Positions 11,036 to 20,617 of a stretch of DNA of 64,000 nt are shown piece by piece (position 1 is the first letter of the stretch; each line of letters begins with the position of its first letter). Source of the stretch: Spirochaetia bacterium (GTDB lineage: Bacteria; Spirochaetota; Spirochaetia; SZUA-6; Bin103); contig OZ241907.1 in assembly GCA_965203515.1 (NCBI GenBank), positions 32,001 to 96,000 on the forward strand, written 5' to 3'. The notes below the pieces were generated by a model that saw only the letters and a program-made list of their open reading frames with translations, had not been told where the DNA came from and searched no databases. The position numbers were made by a program, and so were the translations under genes.

Positions 11036-12325
11036 CGGCCGCCGTTCCAGCATCACCGCCCGGCAGCCGCGGCGGCGCCGGTCGGCGAGCTTTGCGAACC
11101 CGGTCAGGCCGCGCAGCGCCCGTTCCACGGGCGTGCTGCCGGCGGTCAGGAGCAGCCGGCCGGCCGGCTCCAGCAACCCGTCGACCGCCTCCGCGATCCA
11201 CCGCCACCACGGTCCGTCGGTGTCGGCGGGCGCGGCGACGATGCCGCTGAAGCGCCGGCCGATCGTCCGGGCATCCGCGACCGACGGGGCGTGCACGCCG
11301 TCTGCGGTGATCCCGATCCGGCGCAGGTTGTGCCGCGTGATCGCCACCTGCAGCAGGTCACGGCTGCCGGCGGTGATCGCCGGCGCCTGCCCGGCGGTGG
11401 CCGCCGGACGCGCCAACCGATCCGCGTCGAGTCCCAACCGACACGCGGCGAGTCCCTGTCCCGGATTCCAGACCAGCACGCGGGGGCCGAGCTCGTCCGC
11501 GCGCACCAGGGGCTCGGCGGCGCGCAGCGCGTGGGGGACGGTGTCGAAGTCCGGCAGCCCCCACGCCGTCTGCAGCCGCACGCGCTGCCCGTCGTAGCGC
11601 AGCTCCGCGTCGCCGCGCAGATAGGCGCCGAGTCGGCCGTCGACCGGACCGTCGGTCTCGGCCGGACCGTCGGTCTCGGCCGGGCCGGCCTCGGCCACCA
11701 GCACCGTGTATCCTCGCAGCTCGCGCCGGTGCAGGATGCGCGCGCGGCCGCGCAGCGCATCCTGCACCAGACCCTGGCGCGCTCGAATGACCACCAGGGC
11801 CAGATGGCCGCGCGGAGCCGCGGCCGCCGCCGACCGCACCAGCATGCCGAGCACGGGTTCACCCACCTTGGCCGGCAGGTTGGCGGCGACGAGATCGAAC
11901 GGCGCGCCGCCGTCACCGGCCGGTAGCCTACCGGCCGGCGCCCTGCCGACCGGCACGCCCAGACACCCGATCGCGGTCGCTTCCGTCGCGCCGTTCTCCT
12001 GAGCGTTGACGGCGCTCACGGCGGCCGCCAGCGCGTCACGGTCGCTCATGACGACCCGCGCCTGCGGCCACAGCGCGGCCAGCGCCACGCCGATGACCCC
12101 GGCTCCGCAGCCCAGATCGAGCGCGCGGCGCACCGGCAGGTCCGCCAGGCGGCCGGCTATGGTGTCGAGCAGCGCGCGGGTACCCGCATCGACGCCGTCG
12201 CCGCTGAACAGCGACTGAGACAGCCACAGCCGCATGGTGCGGCCGGCCCAGGGGAATTCGACGCGCTTGTGCAGCAGGCCGCGCGCGCGCAGCGCCGCTC
12301 CGGTACGGTGAGTCGGTTCGATCAG
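11024..12325 (-). CDS. Class I SAM-dependent methyltransferase, MTS/RsmC-like
   Basis: LFSGDGVDAGTRALL, LDLGCGAGVIG, FDLVAANLP. Start uncertain: CTG at 12325 overlapping the efp stop, or ATG at 12235. Confidence 0.72.
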   Translation of the reverse strand: MIEPTHRTGAALRARGLLHKRVEFPWAGRTMRLWLSQSLFSGDGVDAGTRALLDTIAGRLADLPVRRALDLGCGAGVIGVALAALWPQARVVMSDRDALAAAVSAVNAQENGATEATAIGCLGVPVGRAPAGRLPAGDGGAPFDLVAANLPAKVGEPVLGMLVRSAAAAAPRGHLALVVIRARQGLVQDALRGRARILHRRELRGYTVLVAEAGPAETDGPAETDGPVDGRLGAYLRGDAELRYDGQRVRLQTAWGLPDFDTVPHALRAAEPLVRADELGPRVLVWNPGQGLAACRLGLDADRLARPAATAGQAPAITAGSRDLLQVAITRHNLRRIGITADGVHAPSVADARTIGRRFSGIVAAPADTDGPWWRWIAEAVDGLLEPAGRLLLTAGSTPVERALRGLTGFAKLADRRRRGCRAVMLERRPSTL

Positions 12326-12876
12326 GCCCGTTCGACGTACGCGCCGGTGGTCGTGTTGACCACGACGTGATCGCCGGACTTGATGAACAGCGGCACCTGC
12401 ACGGTGAGTCCGGTCTCCGTGGTGACCGACTTGGTGGCGCCGGTGGCGGTATCGCCGCGCTCGGCGTGCGGCGCGTCGGTCACCCGCAGCTTCATCTTCA
12501 GAGGGATCTGCACCGCCAGCGGATCGTCGCCCCACATCAGCACCTGATAGGACTCGCCCTCCTTCATGAAGCGCGTGCCCCCGTCGACGCTGGCCATGGG
12601 GACGTTGAACTGGTCGTAGGAAGCGACGTCCATGAAGACCAGGTGGTCGGCATCGGCGTAGAGGTATTGCGCGTCGCGCGCCTCCACGTCGGCTTCCTCC
12701 ACCGTCTCATGCGACTTGATCACTTCGCGAATCACCTGCCCGGTGCGCGCATGCTTGAGTTTGAGCCGGACGAACGCCGATCCCTTGCCGGGATTGACGA
12801 ACTCGCGATCGGTGACCAAGTAAGGGTCTCTCCGGAACAGCACGTACATGCCCTTGTCGATTGCGCCCGCTTTCAT
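12322..12876 (-). CDS. efp: Elongation factor P
   Basis: FVNPGKGSAFVR (Lys at the modified position), QYLYAD, RGDTATG, TETGLTVQVPLFIKSGD, YVERA. Confidence 0.97.
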   Translation of the reverse strand: MKAGAIDKGMYVLFRRDPYLVTDREFVNPGKGSAFVRLKLKHARTGQVIREVIKSHETVEEADVEARDAQYLYADADHLVFMDVASYDQFNVPMASVDGGTRFMKEGESYQVLMWGDDPLAVQIPLKMKLRVTDAPHAERGDTATGATKSVTTETGLTVQVPLFIKSGDHVVVNTTTGAYVERA

Positions 12877-12877
12877 G

Positions 12878-13924
12878 TCACCCTTGAACCGTCCGGTCGA
12901 ACCCTACCACAGCCGGCGGCGCTGCCATAGCAGGGGTGCGCTCCAGCCGGGCGTGATGGAGCGGAAAGGCGATCACTTGGCTGATGTCGTCCCTCCGGTC
13001 GAGCGCCATCATCAATCGCTCGACGCCGAGCGCCACACCCGCGCAGGCCGCCGGTCCGCCGCGAATCTCGTCGGCCATCGCCCGGTCGGGCGGGTGCCGG
13101 ACGGTGGCGGTGCGTTCCTTGCGCGCCGCTTCCCGATCGATCACCCGCGCCAGTCGGCCGGCGTCGGTCTCTTCCTGGAAGCAGTTGGCGATCTCCAGCC
13201 CGCGGGCGTACAGCTCCCAGCGCCGGCAGTACGGGGTGCCGGCGATCGGCTGCGCGAGGGTCGGCACGTGGCGCGGATACTCGTAGACGACGGTACCCTG
13301 GTCGAACGGCAGCGCCGGCTCCACCAGGGCCAGCCAGATGCGGTTGAAGATCTGCTCCCAGGTGTCGTCGCCCGCCGTGCGCACGCCGGCCGCGCCGGCC
13401 GCGCGGCGAAAGCGGCCGGGGTCGTCGACGTGGTCGAGGTCGATGCCGGCGGCCCGCAGGACCGCGTCGCGGGCCGTGATGCGGTCGAACGGGACCGGCA
13501 ACGGCGCTTCGGCCGGCAGCGCCGATGCCAGCCGCTGCAGCCGCTCCACTTCCGCGAGGTACTCGCCGCCGGGGAAGTACCACTCCAGCAAGGTGAACTC
13601 CGGGCTGTGCGTGCGGTCCAGCTCGGCGCCGTTGCGGAACGCGGGCGCGAGCTGGAAGATCGGCCCGGACCCCAAGGCGACGAGCCGGCGCATGTGGCGC
13701 TCCGGAGACGGACTCAGAAAGAGCGGCGCGCCGGCCTCCTGGTCCGGCTCCGCGCCGGGCCGGTGCAGCTGCGTGGCGAACACCTCGATCGCCGGCTCCG
13801 GCAGCAGCGAGGGCGAGACCAGCGGCGTGGTCACCTCCTGAAAGCCGTCGGCAGTGAAGAAGGAGCGGATGGCCGCCAGGGTTCGGCCGTGGCGGCGGGC
13901 GCGCGCGAGCGGCGATCCGGTCAT
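12878..13924 (-). CDS. epmA: EF-P lysine aminoacylase (LysRS-II-like, GenX/PoxA)
   Basis: LSPSPERHMRRL, FQLAPAFRN, HSPEFTLLEWY, RWELYARGLEIAN, GVALGVERL; no anticodon-binding domain; immediately upstream of efp. Confidence 0.92.
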   Translation of the reverse strand: MTGSPLARARRHGRTLAAIRSFFTADGFQEVTTPLVSPSLLPEPAIEVFATQLHRPGAEPDQEAGAPLFLSPSPERHMRRLVALGSGPIFQLAPAFRNGAELDRTHSPEFTLLEWYFPGGEYLAEVERLQRLASALPAEAPLPVPFDRITARDAVLRAAGIDLDHVDDPGRFRRAAGAAGVRTAGDDTWEQIFNRIWLALVEPALPFDQGTVVYEYPRHVPTLAQPIAGTPYCRRWELYARGLEIANCFQEETDAGRLARVIDREAARKERTATVRHPPDRAMADEIRGGPAACAGVALGVERLMMALDRRDDISQVIAFPLHHARLERTPAMAAPPAVVGFDRTVQG

Positions 13925-14049
13925 CGCGGCGATCCGGTCGTCCCGGTTCGCGTCCCCGCACGGCCCGGCGCTTGGACACCGTCGGCTCCGCTCTCTATAC
14001 TCGCAGGCCGGCCGCTTCGGGCGGCCTCGCTCCTTACCGCCGTCTCCAC

Positions 14050-14976
14050 ATGAACCTCGATATCTTCGTCCTGGGCACCGGTGGCATGATGCCGCTCCCC
14101 GGCCGCGGCCTCACGTCCGTACTCCTGCGCCGCGAAGGCGACCTGCTGCTGTTCGACTGCGGCGAAGGCACGCAGATCGCCTTCCGGCGGCTCAACCTGA
14201 GATGGAAGAAGATCACCGGCATATTCATCTCCCATACGCACGCCGACCACGTGACCGGACTGCCGGGGATGCTGTCGCTCTCCTCGCAGGTCGACCGCAC
14301 CGAGCCGCTCTACATCTACGGACCGCCGCGCATCCGTCAGTTCATCGAACAGACCCTGCGCGTGCTGGACATCTACATCAACTATGAGATCATCGTGCAG
14401 GAGTTCTACGACGACGTCACGGTGATGGAGGGCGACGGATACCGCGTCGACTCCCTGCGCGTCCGGCATACCAAACCCTGTCTGGGCTACCGGCTGGTGG
14501 AGGAACCGCGCCCCGGTCAGTTCCACCCGGATCGGGCGATCGCCGCCGGCGTGCCGCGCGGGCCGCTCTGGTCGACGTTGCAACGGGGTGAGCCGGTGCG
14601 GTTGGACGACGGCGTCGTGGTGGAGCCGGAAGCGGTCATGGGACCGCCGCGCCCGGGCCGAGCCTTCAGCTTCGTCACCGATACCGCCGCGTTCCCGGGC
14701 CTGGTCCCGTTCGTCGCCGGGTCCGATCTGTTGATCTGCGAAGGCATGTTCTGCGCCGATCTGGCCGCCGACGCCTCGGCCAAGAAGCACCTCACCGCTC
14801 AACAGGCGGGGCGGATCGCCCGCGCGGCCGGCGTGGGCCGGCTGGGACTGATTCATTACAGTCCGCGCTATACCGAGCGCGATCTCCGGCAGCTTGTCAG
14901 CGAGGCGCGCTCGGAGTTCGGCGAGTCGTTCCTGACGCGCGATCTGCAGGACCTGAGCCTGCCGTACCGGGAGTGA
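14050..14976 (+). CDS. rnz: Ribonuclease Z
   Basis: LGTGGMMP, FDCGEGTQ, SHTHADHVTGLPG, exosite GVPRGP, TDT, KHLTA, IHYSPRY. Confidence 0.95.
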   Translation: MNLDIFVLGTGGMMPLPGRGLTSVLLRREGDLLLFDCGEGTQIAFRRLNLRWKKITGIFISHTHADHVTGLPGMLSLSSQVDRTEPLYIYGPPRIRQFIEQTLRVLDIYINYEIIVQEFYDDVTVMEGDGYRVDSLRVRHTKPCLGYRLVEEPRPGQFHPDRAIAAGVPRGPLWSTLQRGEPVRLDDGVVVEPEAVMGPPRPGRAFSFVTDTAAFPGLVPFVAGSDLLICEGMFCADLAADASAKKHLTAQQAGRIARAAGVGRLGLIHYSPRYTERDLRQLVSEARSEFGESFLTRDLQDLSLPYRE

Positions 14977-15337
14977 ACCGGGCGCGGACCTCGCGCCGCA
15001 ACTTCGCGATTTCGACGTGCGCCGCGCGCAGCTCGCGTTCGGTCTCGTCGCGTTCGGTCTCGACCGGGACGGGGCGTCCGGCCGCCGCGGCGGCCCACGG
15101 GTCCGGCAGGGCCGGGGGGGTGGCCAGTGGATCCGCCGCCTCCGTATCGAGCGCCAAGTCCGTTTCCGCCGGGCCTGCGATCGTCGCCCGGCGGCCGGTG
15201 GCGTCGATCGAGTCCGGATCGGGGTGGGAGCCGGCGAGCGACCAGCGTTTCACCCAGACGCCGTACCGTTCGTGCCGGGCGTCGGATGCAGCGCCGGGTT
15301 CGGCGGCGTCGGTATCGACTGGCGTTTCCGCAGACAG
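14897..15337 (-). CDS. Possible hypothetical protein with C-terminal coiled coil
   Basis: Fills the gap between rnz and ftsB-like; GGAG precedes a CTG at 15337; ETERELRAAHVEIAKLRRE looks coiled-coil; overlaps the rnz 3' end by 80 nt. Confidence 0.3.
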   Translation of the reverse strand: MSAETPVDTDAAEPGAASDARHERYGVWVKRWSLAGSHPDPDSIDATGRRATIAGPAETDLALDTEAADPLATPPALPDPWAAAAAGRPVPVETERDETERELRAAHVEIAKLRREVRARFTPGTAGSGPADRASGTTRRTPSAPR

Positions 15338-15498
15338 ATGAGTACTCCGTGCGGGCCGGTGCCCCGGTGGCCCGCTGATGGAGTCCAGTATGAGCCGGCG
15401 GTGAGCCGTGCTGTCAACGAAGAGCGGCGGCCCGCTCGCCTGAGCGTCGGTCCGTCTCAACGCGGACCGGGGGCGTGCCGACCATCAAGAGGGTAGAC

Positions 15499-15993
15499 AT
15501 GCTTCGCGGTCTGTCGTGTGCGGTCACCGCTTACTTCATGTATACCGTTCTGAATCTGGTGACCGTCACCATCGCGATGGATCGGATGCAGGAACACCGC
15601 GAGGCGCTGCAGCGAAACGTGGAGACGCTCAAGGAGATCAACCAACGTCTGCGGGCGGAGTTCGACGCGCTGTCGACGAGCCCCGACCTGATCCGGAGGT
15701 ACGCGCGGGAGATCGGCCTGTACGCGCCGGGCGAACGGGTGCTCCGGCTGCGGGGCACGGGCGGACGACCGCCGTTCTACGAAGTCGGCATCGTTCAGCC
15801 GCGGCTCGACCCGCCGCGGACGCCGCGCTTCGCGTTTCTGCTTGTCGGCATCGCTACGGGAGGGCTGCTCTATGTACGCCTCAGGTTCCGCGAACGCTCG
15901 CGCCGCGACCGTGCTGCGCAGGAGTCACCGGAGGCTCGCGCCGATCTGCTGCAGAACGCTGCGGCGTGGCGGGTTGGCGATCCTGCCCGGTGA
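15499..15993 (+). CDS. Septum formation initiator (FtsB/DivIC-like) protein
   Basis: N-terminal TM, coiled coil (EALQRNVETLKEINQRLRAEFDAL), then PDLIRRYAREIGLYAPGE; second C-terminal TM. Confidence 0.7.
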   Translation: MLRGLSCAVTAYFMYTVLNLVTVTIAMDRMQEHREALQRNVETLKEINQRLRAEFDALSTSPDLIRRYAREIGLYAPGERVLRLRGTGGRPPFYEVGIVQPRLDPPRTPRFAFLLVGIATGGLLYVRLRFRERSRRDRAAQESPEARADLLQNAAAWRVGDPAR

Positions 15994-16483
15994 CACCATC
16001 TACGGCATCATCGGCGCCGCCCCGGCGGCGGAGGCGCGCATCCGCCGGATCAAGAGCCGAGCCGAGGATCGGCCGCTGCTGGTGCTGATCCCCGATCCCG
16101 AGTGGCTGTGGCGCTGCGGCGTGGGGGGCAAGCTGCCGGAACGCCTGCTGCGCTATTGGCCGGGCGCGCTGACCATCGTGTTCCCGCGTGCCGGCGGCGG
16201 CACGGTGGGGGTCCGCGTGCCGGACGATCCGTTCCTGCGCCGGCTGGCGCGTTGCGTGGACGCGCCGCTCTACTCGACCAGCGTCAACCGGTCCGGCCTG
16301 CCGCCGCTGTCGCGCGTGCGCCAGATCGTGGCCGCCTTCGGCGGATCCGTCGATCTGATCGTGGACGGCGGCGAGCTCGCGCCGCCGGTGGCGTCGACCG
16401 TGGTCGACGCCACCCGGCGGCCGTGCCGGCTGCTCAGGCGGGGCGCGGTGGAGCTGCCGGCGCGGGTGTTGGAGAACCCCTGA
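15911..16483 (+). CDS. tsaC: L-threonylcarbamoyladenylate synthase (TsaC/Sua5/YrdC)
   Basis: PGDTIYG, IKSR, WPGALT, VGVRVPD, STSVNRSG, STVVD, LLRRGAV; start approximate. Confidence 0.9.
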   Translation: MLRRSHRRLAPICCRTLRRGGLAILPGDTIYGIIGAAPAAEARIRRIKSRAEDRPLLVLIPDPEWLWRCGVGGKLPERLLRYWPGALTIVFPRAGGGTVGVRVPDDPFLRRLARCVDAPLYSTSVNRSGLPPLSRVRQIVAAFGGSVDLIVDGGELAPPVASTVVDATRRPCRLLRRGAVELPARVLENP

Positions 16484-16487
16484 GCGA

Positions 16488-17345
16488 TCAGCGCGCGGAT
16501 GCCGGGTTGCCCGCCGGCGCCGACCCGGCCAGCAGGGCCGGCATCAGATGGCGGTAGTGGAACAGGAAGAGCTGCTGCACTCCGCCGAAGAAGCGGCGCT
16601 CCAGCTCGGCGCCGGCGCGGCCCAGATAGCGGAAGTGCCACGGCTCGTACTGATAGCCGGTGAGATCCTCCAGCCCCTGCGGGTAGGAGAGCGAGAAGCC
16701 GAAGCGCCACGCGTTGGCCAGTACCCACTGGCCCTCGCGCGTTTCCCCGTAGCCAAGGTCGATGCTGCCGAAATCGATGGCGGTGCCGAGTTGGTGCTGC
16801 GAATGACCGGGCCGGGCGACCAGCATCGACGCCTGCTCCGGACCTCGGCGTTCCACTTCGTAGTCGAACAGAAACGCCTGCCGGTTGAACGACCGGTAGG
16901 TGGATGAGACGGTCACGTCCGTGCCGGCCAGGCGCGCCGCCGCCGTCATGGCCGCCAGGTCGGGCAGGACGAACGCCCGGAGCTGCATCGACGACCGCGT
17001 GACCGTCAGGCCTCGATAATCGAGATCGATCAGATCGGGCGGGCGGTAGTCTTGGGCGAGCGCGTGCCGCTTGTCGACCAGCACCAGCAGGTCGGCCGGC
17101 TGGCTGCGCGTCTTGGCCATCAGATCCAGGAAGATGGCCGGCTCGGCCAGGATGCGTGTTCGCATCGACTCCGGAAGCGGTTCGAGCAGCGCCGTCAGTC
17201 CTTCCAGCGTGACGTCGAAGGCCGCGTGCAGCGGCGCCGGTTCCTGCGGCGCCGCGCACGCGGCCAGCGCGGCGACTGCCGCCAAGGCGACCGCCGCCAG
17301 GGCGATCGCCGGCGCGCGGCCGAGCCGGGCGCCGGCGGGGCTCAA
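16488..17345 (-). CDS. D-Ala-D-Ala carboxypeptidase, peptidase M15B (VanY-like), probable lipoprotein
   Basis: SxHxxGxAxD (SQHQLGTAID), EPWHFRY, STYRS; lipobox-like LAAC; TTG start at 17345 with GGAG SD. Confidence 0.88.
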   Translation of the reverse strand: MSPAGARLGRAPAIALAAVALAAVAALAACAAPQEPAPLHAAFDVTLEGLTALLEPLPESMRTRILAEPAIFLDLMAKTRSQPADLLVLVDKRHALAQDYRPPDLIDLDYRGLTVTRSSMQLRAFVLPDLAAMTAAARLAGTDVTVSSTYRSFNRQAFLFDYEVERRGPEQASMLVARPGHSQHQLGTAIDFGSIDLGYGETREGQWVLANAWRFGFSLSYPQGLEDLTGYQYEPWHFRYLGRAGAELERRFFGGVQQLFLFHYRHLMPALLAGSAPAGNPASAR

Positions 17346-17377
17346 AGGACGATCTCCACGACCTGTTCCATGCATCC

Positions 17378-17418
17378 AGAGTAGGGAGGTTGTCGCTCAG
17401 GCGACAACCTCCTATGGT
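17378..17418. promoter_or_regulatory. Palindromic divergent promoter region between the M15B peptidase gene and recO
   Basis: 12-bp perfect inverted repeat GGAGGTTGTCGC-tcag-GCGACAACCTCC (17385-17412); + strand TTGTCG-17-TATGGT; - strand TTGTCG-18-TACTCT. Confidence 0.55.
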
Positions 17419-17442
17419 CACGCCATCGCCCCGGTTCGTGCC

Positions 17443-18192
17443 GTGACGCGCCGCCACCTCAGCTCGCCGGCTCTCATTCTGCGCACCACGCCGGTGGGGG
17501 AGATCCACCGGCTGGTCACGCTCCTCAGCCCATCGGTCGGCTTGGTCCGCGCCGTGGCGTACGGCGCGGCGAAGACCACCAGCCGCCTGCGGTTGGCTAC
17601 CCTGCTGTTCATGCATGCCGACCTGCGCGTCTATCGCGACCCGGTCAAGGATCACTACAAGATCACGGAGATCGCGTGCCGGGAAGACTTCGGCGGCATT
17701 CGCGCCAGCGTGACCTGCTACTTCGCGGCATCGCTCTGGGCCGAGGTGGTGCTCAGGTCGCCGGGCGCGGTCGAGCCGGCCGATCTGTACGCACTGTTGC
17801 TCGACTGCCTGCTGGCGCTGCACGCTTCCGGCCCCGCCGTGCAGCGCGGCATCTCCGCGCAGTTCATCTGGCGCTATCTGAGCCTGTCCGGCCTGCAGCC
17901 CGACCTGCACGGCTGCGCGGCATGCGACCGGCCGCTGGCGCCGCCGGTCGCCGGCTACCTGTCGGAGCGGTACGGCGACATCCGTTGCGCCGACTGTCGC
18001 GCCCCGTCCGACCCGGCGTTCAGCGCCGGTGCGCGCGCCTACCTCAGCCACACGGAGAAGCTGACTCCGGCGCGCGCCGCGGCCGTGCGCCTGCAGGATG
18101 ACCGCGGGTTGAGCGCCGTCCTCTATCGCATGGTGCAACGGGCGCTCGATACGCCGCTGGCAGCGCTGCAGGCGGGCGTCGGGCTGCTGTGA
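17443..18192 (+). CDS. recO: DNA repair protein RecO
   Basis: ALILRTTPVGEIHRLVTLLS...GLVRAVAYGA OB-fold start; zinc finger CAAC...CADC after GLQPDL. Confidence 0.9.
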   Translation: MTRRHLSSPALILRTTPVGEIHRLVTLLSPSVGLVRAVAYGAAKTTSRLRLATLLFMHADLRVYRDPVKDHYKITEIACREDFGGIRASVTCYFAASLWAEVVLRSPGAVEPADLYALLLDCLLALHASGPAVQRGISAQFIWRYLSLSGLQPDLHGCAACDRPLAPPVAGYLSERYGDIRCADCRAPSDPAFSAGARAYLSHTEKLTPARAAAVRLQDDRGLSAVLYRMVQRALDTPLAALQAGVGLL

Positions 18193-18258
18193 GACCGCCG
18201 GCTGGCGTGACGGTCGGGCTGACGTGATGGGCCGGGCTGACGTGATGGGCCGGTAGCG

Positions 18259-18801
18259 GTGCGCGTGTTCTTCGGACTGCCGGTCCCGGAGCCCGCGGCG
18301 ACCCGCCTGGAAGCGTGGCGCCGTGCGGTCGGTTCGGAGCTGCCGGACGCACGGCTGATTCCGCCGGCCAATCTCCACGTGACGCTCGACTTCATCGGCG
18401 AGGTGGATGAAGCGGAGGTGGGCCGGCTCAGCGGCATCTGCCGGGAGCTGGCCGCGGGCGCGGCGCCGATCCCGGCTGCGCTCGCCGGTCTTGGGCTGCT
18501 GCCGTCCGCGGCACGGCCGCGCGTCGTCTATCTCGGCATAGACGACGGCGCCGACGAGCTGCGGGACCTGGCGGATGCGCTGCGCCGGCTCGCCGGCCGG
18601 CAGGACCGCCGGTTTCTGGCGCACGTCACCGTGGCGCGCGTCCGCCGCGTGCCGCAGCCGGCCGGCGAGCGCCTCCGCCGACTGCGGCTGCCGGCGGCGC
18701 ACGGCACGTTTCGATCACTGGTGCTCTTCCGATCGGTGCTGCAGCCGGCCGGCGCTTCGTATCAGCCGCTGCAGGCCGCCGAGTTGGGCGGCGCCGGATG
18801 A
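18259..18801 (+). CDS. thpR: RNA 2',3'-cyclic phosphodiesterase (2H family)
   Basis: MRVFFGL start; two HxT motifs (NLHVTLDFIG, AHVTVAR); LFRSVLQPAGASY. Confidence 0.9.
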   Translation: MRVFFGLPVPEPAATRLEAWRRAVGSELPDARLIPPANLHVTLDFIGEVDEAEVGRLSGICRELAAGAAPIPAALAGLGLLPSAARPRVVYLGIDDGADELRDLADALRRLAGRQDRRFLAHVTVARVRRVPQPAGERLRRLRLPAAHGTFRSLVLFRSVLQPAGASYQPLQAAELGGAG

Positions 18802-20534
18802 GCGGCTCCTCCCGGCCGGATTGGCGGCTGCCGCGCGTGGCGGGCTCGGCGGTCCGCGCCGTCGCCGGCCGTCACCGGATCGATCGGCTTCTGGCGACCG
18901 TGCTGGTCCGCCGGGGGGTCACGGAACCGGACGAGGTGGCGGCGTTCCTGGGCCGCGGCGCGGCGCCGGCGCCGCGGCTGCACGGCCTGCCGGCGGCGGT
19001 CGAGCGCCTCCGCCGCTACGGAGAGCAGCCGGTCTACGTGTTCGGCGATCCGGACGTGGACGGCATCGCCGCCGCGGCGATCCTGGTGGAACTGCTCCGC
19101 GGTGTCGGCGCACGGGTCCGGTGGCGCATTCCGCCGGGCGGCCGCCATGGGCTGCGCGCCGGCGACCTGCGGTCGGCGCAGGAGGCGGATGCGGGATTGC
19201 TGGTCTGCGTGGACTGCACGATCGGCCACGCGGAGGCCGCGTGGGCCGCGCGGAACGGCATCGACGTGCTGGTGGTCGACCACCACCGGCCGCTCGACGG
19301 CGTGCCGGCAACCGTAGTGATGCTCAACCCGGCGGTGCCGGAAGGCGGCCGGTCGGATCATCGTCTGGCCGCCGGCGCGGTCGCGCTGAGGCTCGCCGGA
19401 GCGGTGCGGGATGCGCTGGTGCGCTCGGACGCGCCGGGCCGCCCGGACGCGCCCGAGCTGCCGTACGACTTGGCGGCGCTCAGCACGTTGGCCGACCGGA
19501 TGCCGCTTACCGGCGAGAACCGGCGCATCACCGCTCGCGGCCTCGGGATGATGGCGCGGGCCGGCCGCCCCGGGCTGCAGGAGCTGTGGATTCGGGTGCG
19601 CCGCTCCGTGCCGGAGCCGACCGCCGAACAGGTCAGCCGCCTGCTCAACCCGGTGATCGGCGCCGCGGGGCGCTACGGAGAAGGGGACCATGCCGTGGCG
19701 CTTCTGGTGAGCGGGGTGCGCGCCGAGTGCGCGGACCTTGCCGATCGGTTGCTGGAGCTCGATGCGCGACGCCGCCGCGAGACGGCGGTCGCATGGAGCC
19801 GGCTGATGCCCAGGGCTCGCCGACTGGCGCGCGATCATCCCGGCGCGCAATGTCTGGTGGTCGACGACCCGGAGCTGGGCCGGGGTCTGACGGGCCCGTT
19901 GGCCTATCGGCTGAGCCGCTTTCTGCGCAGATCGGTAGCGGTCGTCACCGGTGACGAAGGCTCGATCAGCGGCTCGATCCGCAGTCCGGCAGACGGCGCT
20001 GACGCGCTGCGCCTCCTGGCGGACGCGGACGGCCTGCTCAGGACGCGCGGCGGCCACTGCAGCGCCGCCGGGTTCGTGGCGCCGGCAGGCGCCTTGGCCG
20101 AGCTGCGTCGGCGCTGGTGCGATCCGCCGGGCGACGGCCGGGTCGCGCATGGAGCGGCCGATCCGGTTCGATGCCTCGATGCGGAGCTGCCGGCGCACGC
20201 CCTGACCCCGGCGCTGGACCGGCTCGTTGCCGCGGTCGAGCCGACCGGGATCGGCAACGGCCCGCTGGTGTTCAGGACGCGCGGCCTTGAGGTGGCGGAG
20301 GTGAGCCTGTTCGGCCGCGGTTCGGAGCACTGCAAGTTGTTGCTGGACGCCGGGTCGTATCGCTGGCCGGCGCTGTACTGGGGCGCCGGCGCTGCGGCCG
20401 GCAGAGAGATCGTCCCCGGCGACGTGGTGGACGTGGTGTACCGCCTGGAACCTGGCTACGCGGACGGCGAGCGCCGGTTGCGCATGGTCGTGCTCGATCT
20501 GCGCCGATGGCGGGCACCGGCTCGGGCGGTTTGA
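18798..20534 (+). CDS. recJ: Single-stranded-DNA exonuclease RecJ (DHH family)
   Basis: FGDPDVDG, VDC, VVDHH, LSTLADRMPLTGENR, GSIRS, GGHCSAAG, EPTGIGN. Confidence 0.88.
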   Translation: MSGSSRPDWRLPRVAGSAVRAVAGRHRIDRLLATVLVRRGVTEPDEVAAFLGRGAAPAPRLHGLPAAVERLRRYGEQPVYVFGDPDVDGIAAAAILVELLRGVGARVRWRIPPGGRHGLRAGDLRSAQEADAGLLVCVDCTIGHAEAAWAARNGIDVLVVDHHRPLDGVPATVVMLNPAVPEGGRSDHRLAAGAVALRLAGAVRDALVRSDAPGRPDAPELPYDLAALSTLADRMPLTGENRRITARGLGMMARAGRPGLQELWIRVRRSVPEPTAEQVSRLLNPVIGAAGRYGEGDHAVALLVSGVRAECADLADRLLELDARRRRETAVAWSRLMPRARRLARDHPGAQCLVVDDPELGRGLTGPLAYRLSRFLRRSVAVVTGDEGSISGSIRSPADGADALRLLADADGLLRTRGGHCSAAGFVAPAGALAELRRRWCDPPGDGRVAHGAADPVRCLDAELPAHALTPALDRLVAAVEPTGIGNGPLVFRTRGLEVAEVSLFGRGSEHCKLLLDAGSYRWPALYWGAGAAAGREIVPGDVVDVVYRLEPGYADGERRLRMVVLDLRRWRAPARAV

Positions 20535-20558
20535 CAGAGCCGCGTCTGCGGCTATGAT
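20531..20558 (+). promoter_or_regulatory. Sigma70-type promoter upstream of rpsU
   Basis: TTGACA(20531-20536)-16 nt-TATGAT(20553-20558), overlapping the recJ stop codon. Confidence 0.65.
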
Positions 20559-20617
20559 GGACGCCTGTGAGTCGGCTGGCGCTACGCGCCGGCGGGCCGC
20601 AGAAGGAGGAGAGGACC

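Noticed and set aside
16488..17345. Vancomycin-resistance locus (vanY)
   Set aside because: No vanHAX/vanRS genes are present; M15B carboxypeptidases are common housekeeping enzymes.
12322..18801. efp/epmA, rnz, tsaC and thpR as a dedicated RNA-repair counterpart to the island's putative tRNases
   Set aside because: These are ordinary housekeeping genes on mixed strands, and nothing in the sequence links them to the island.
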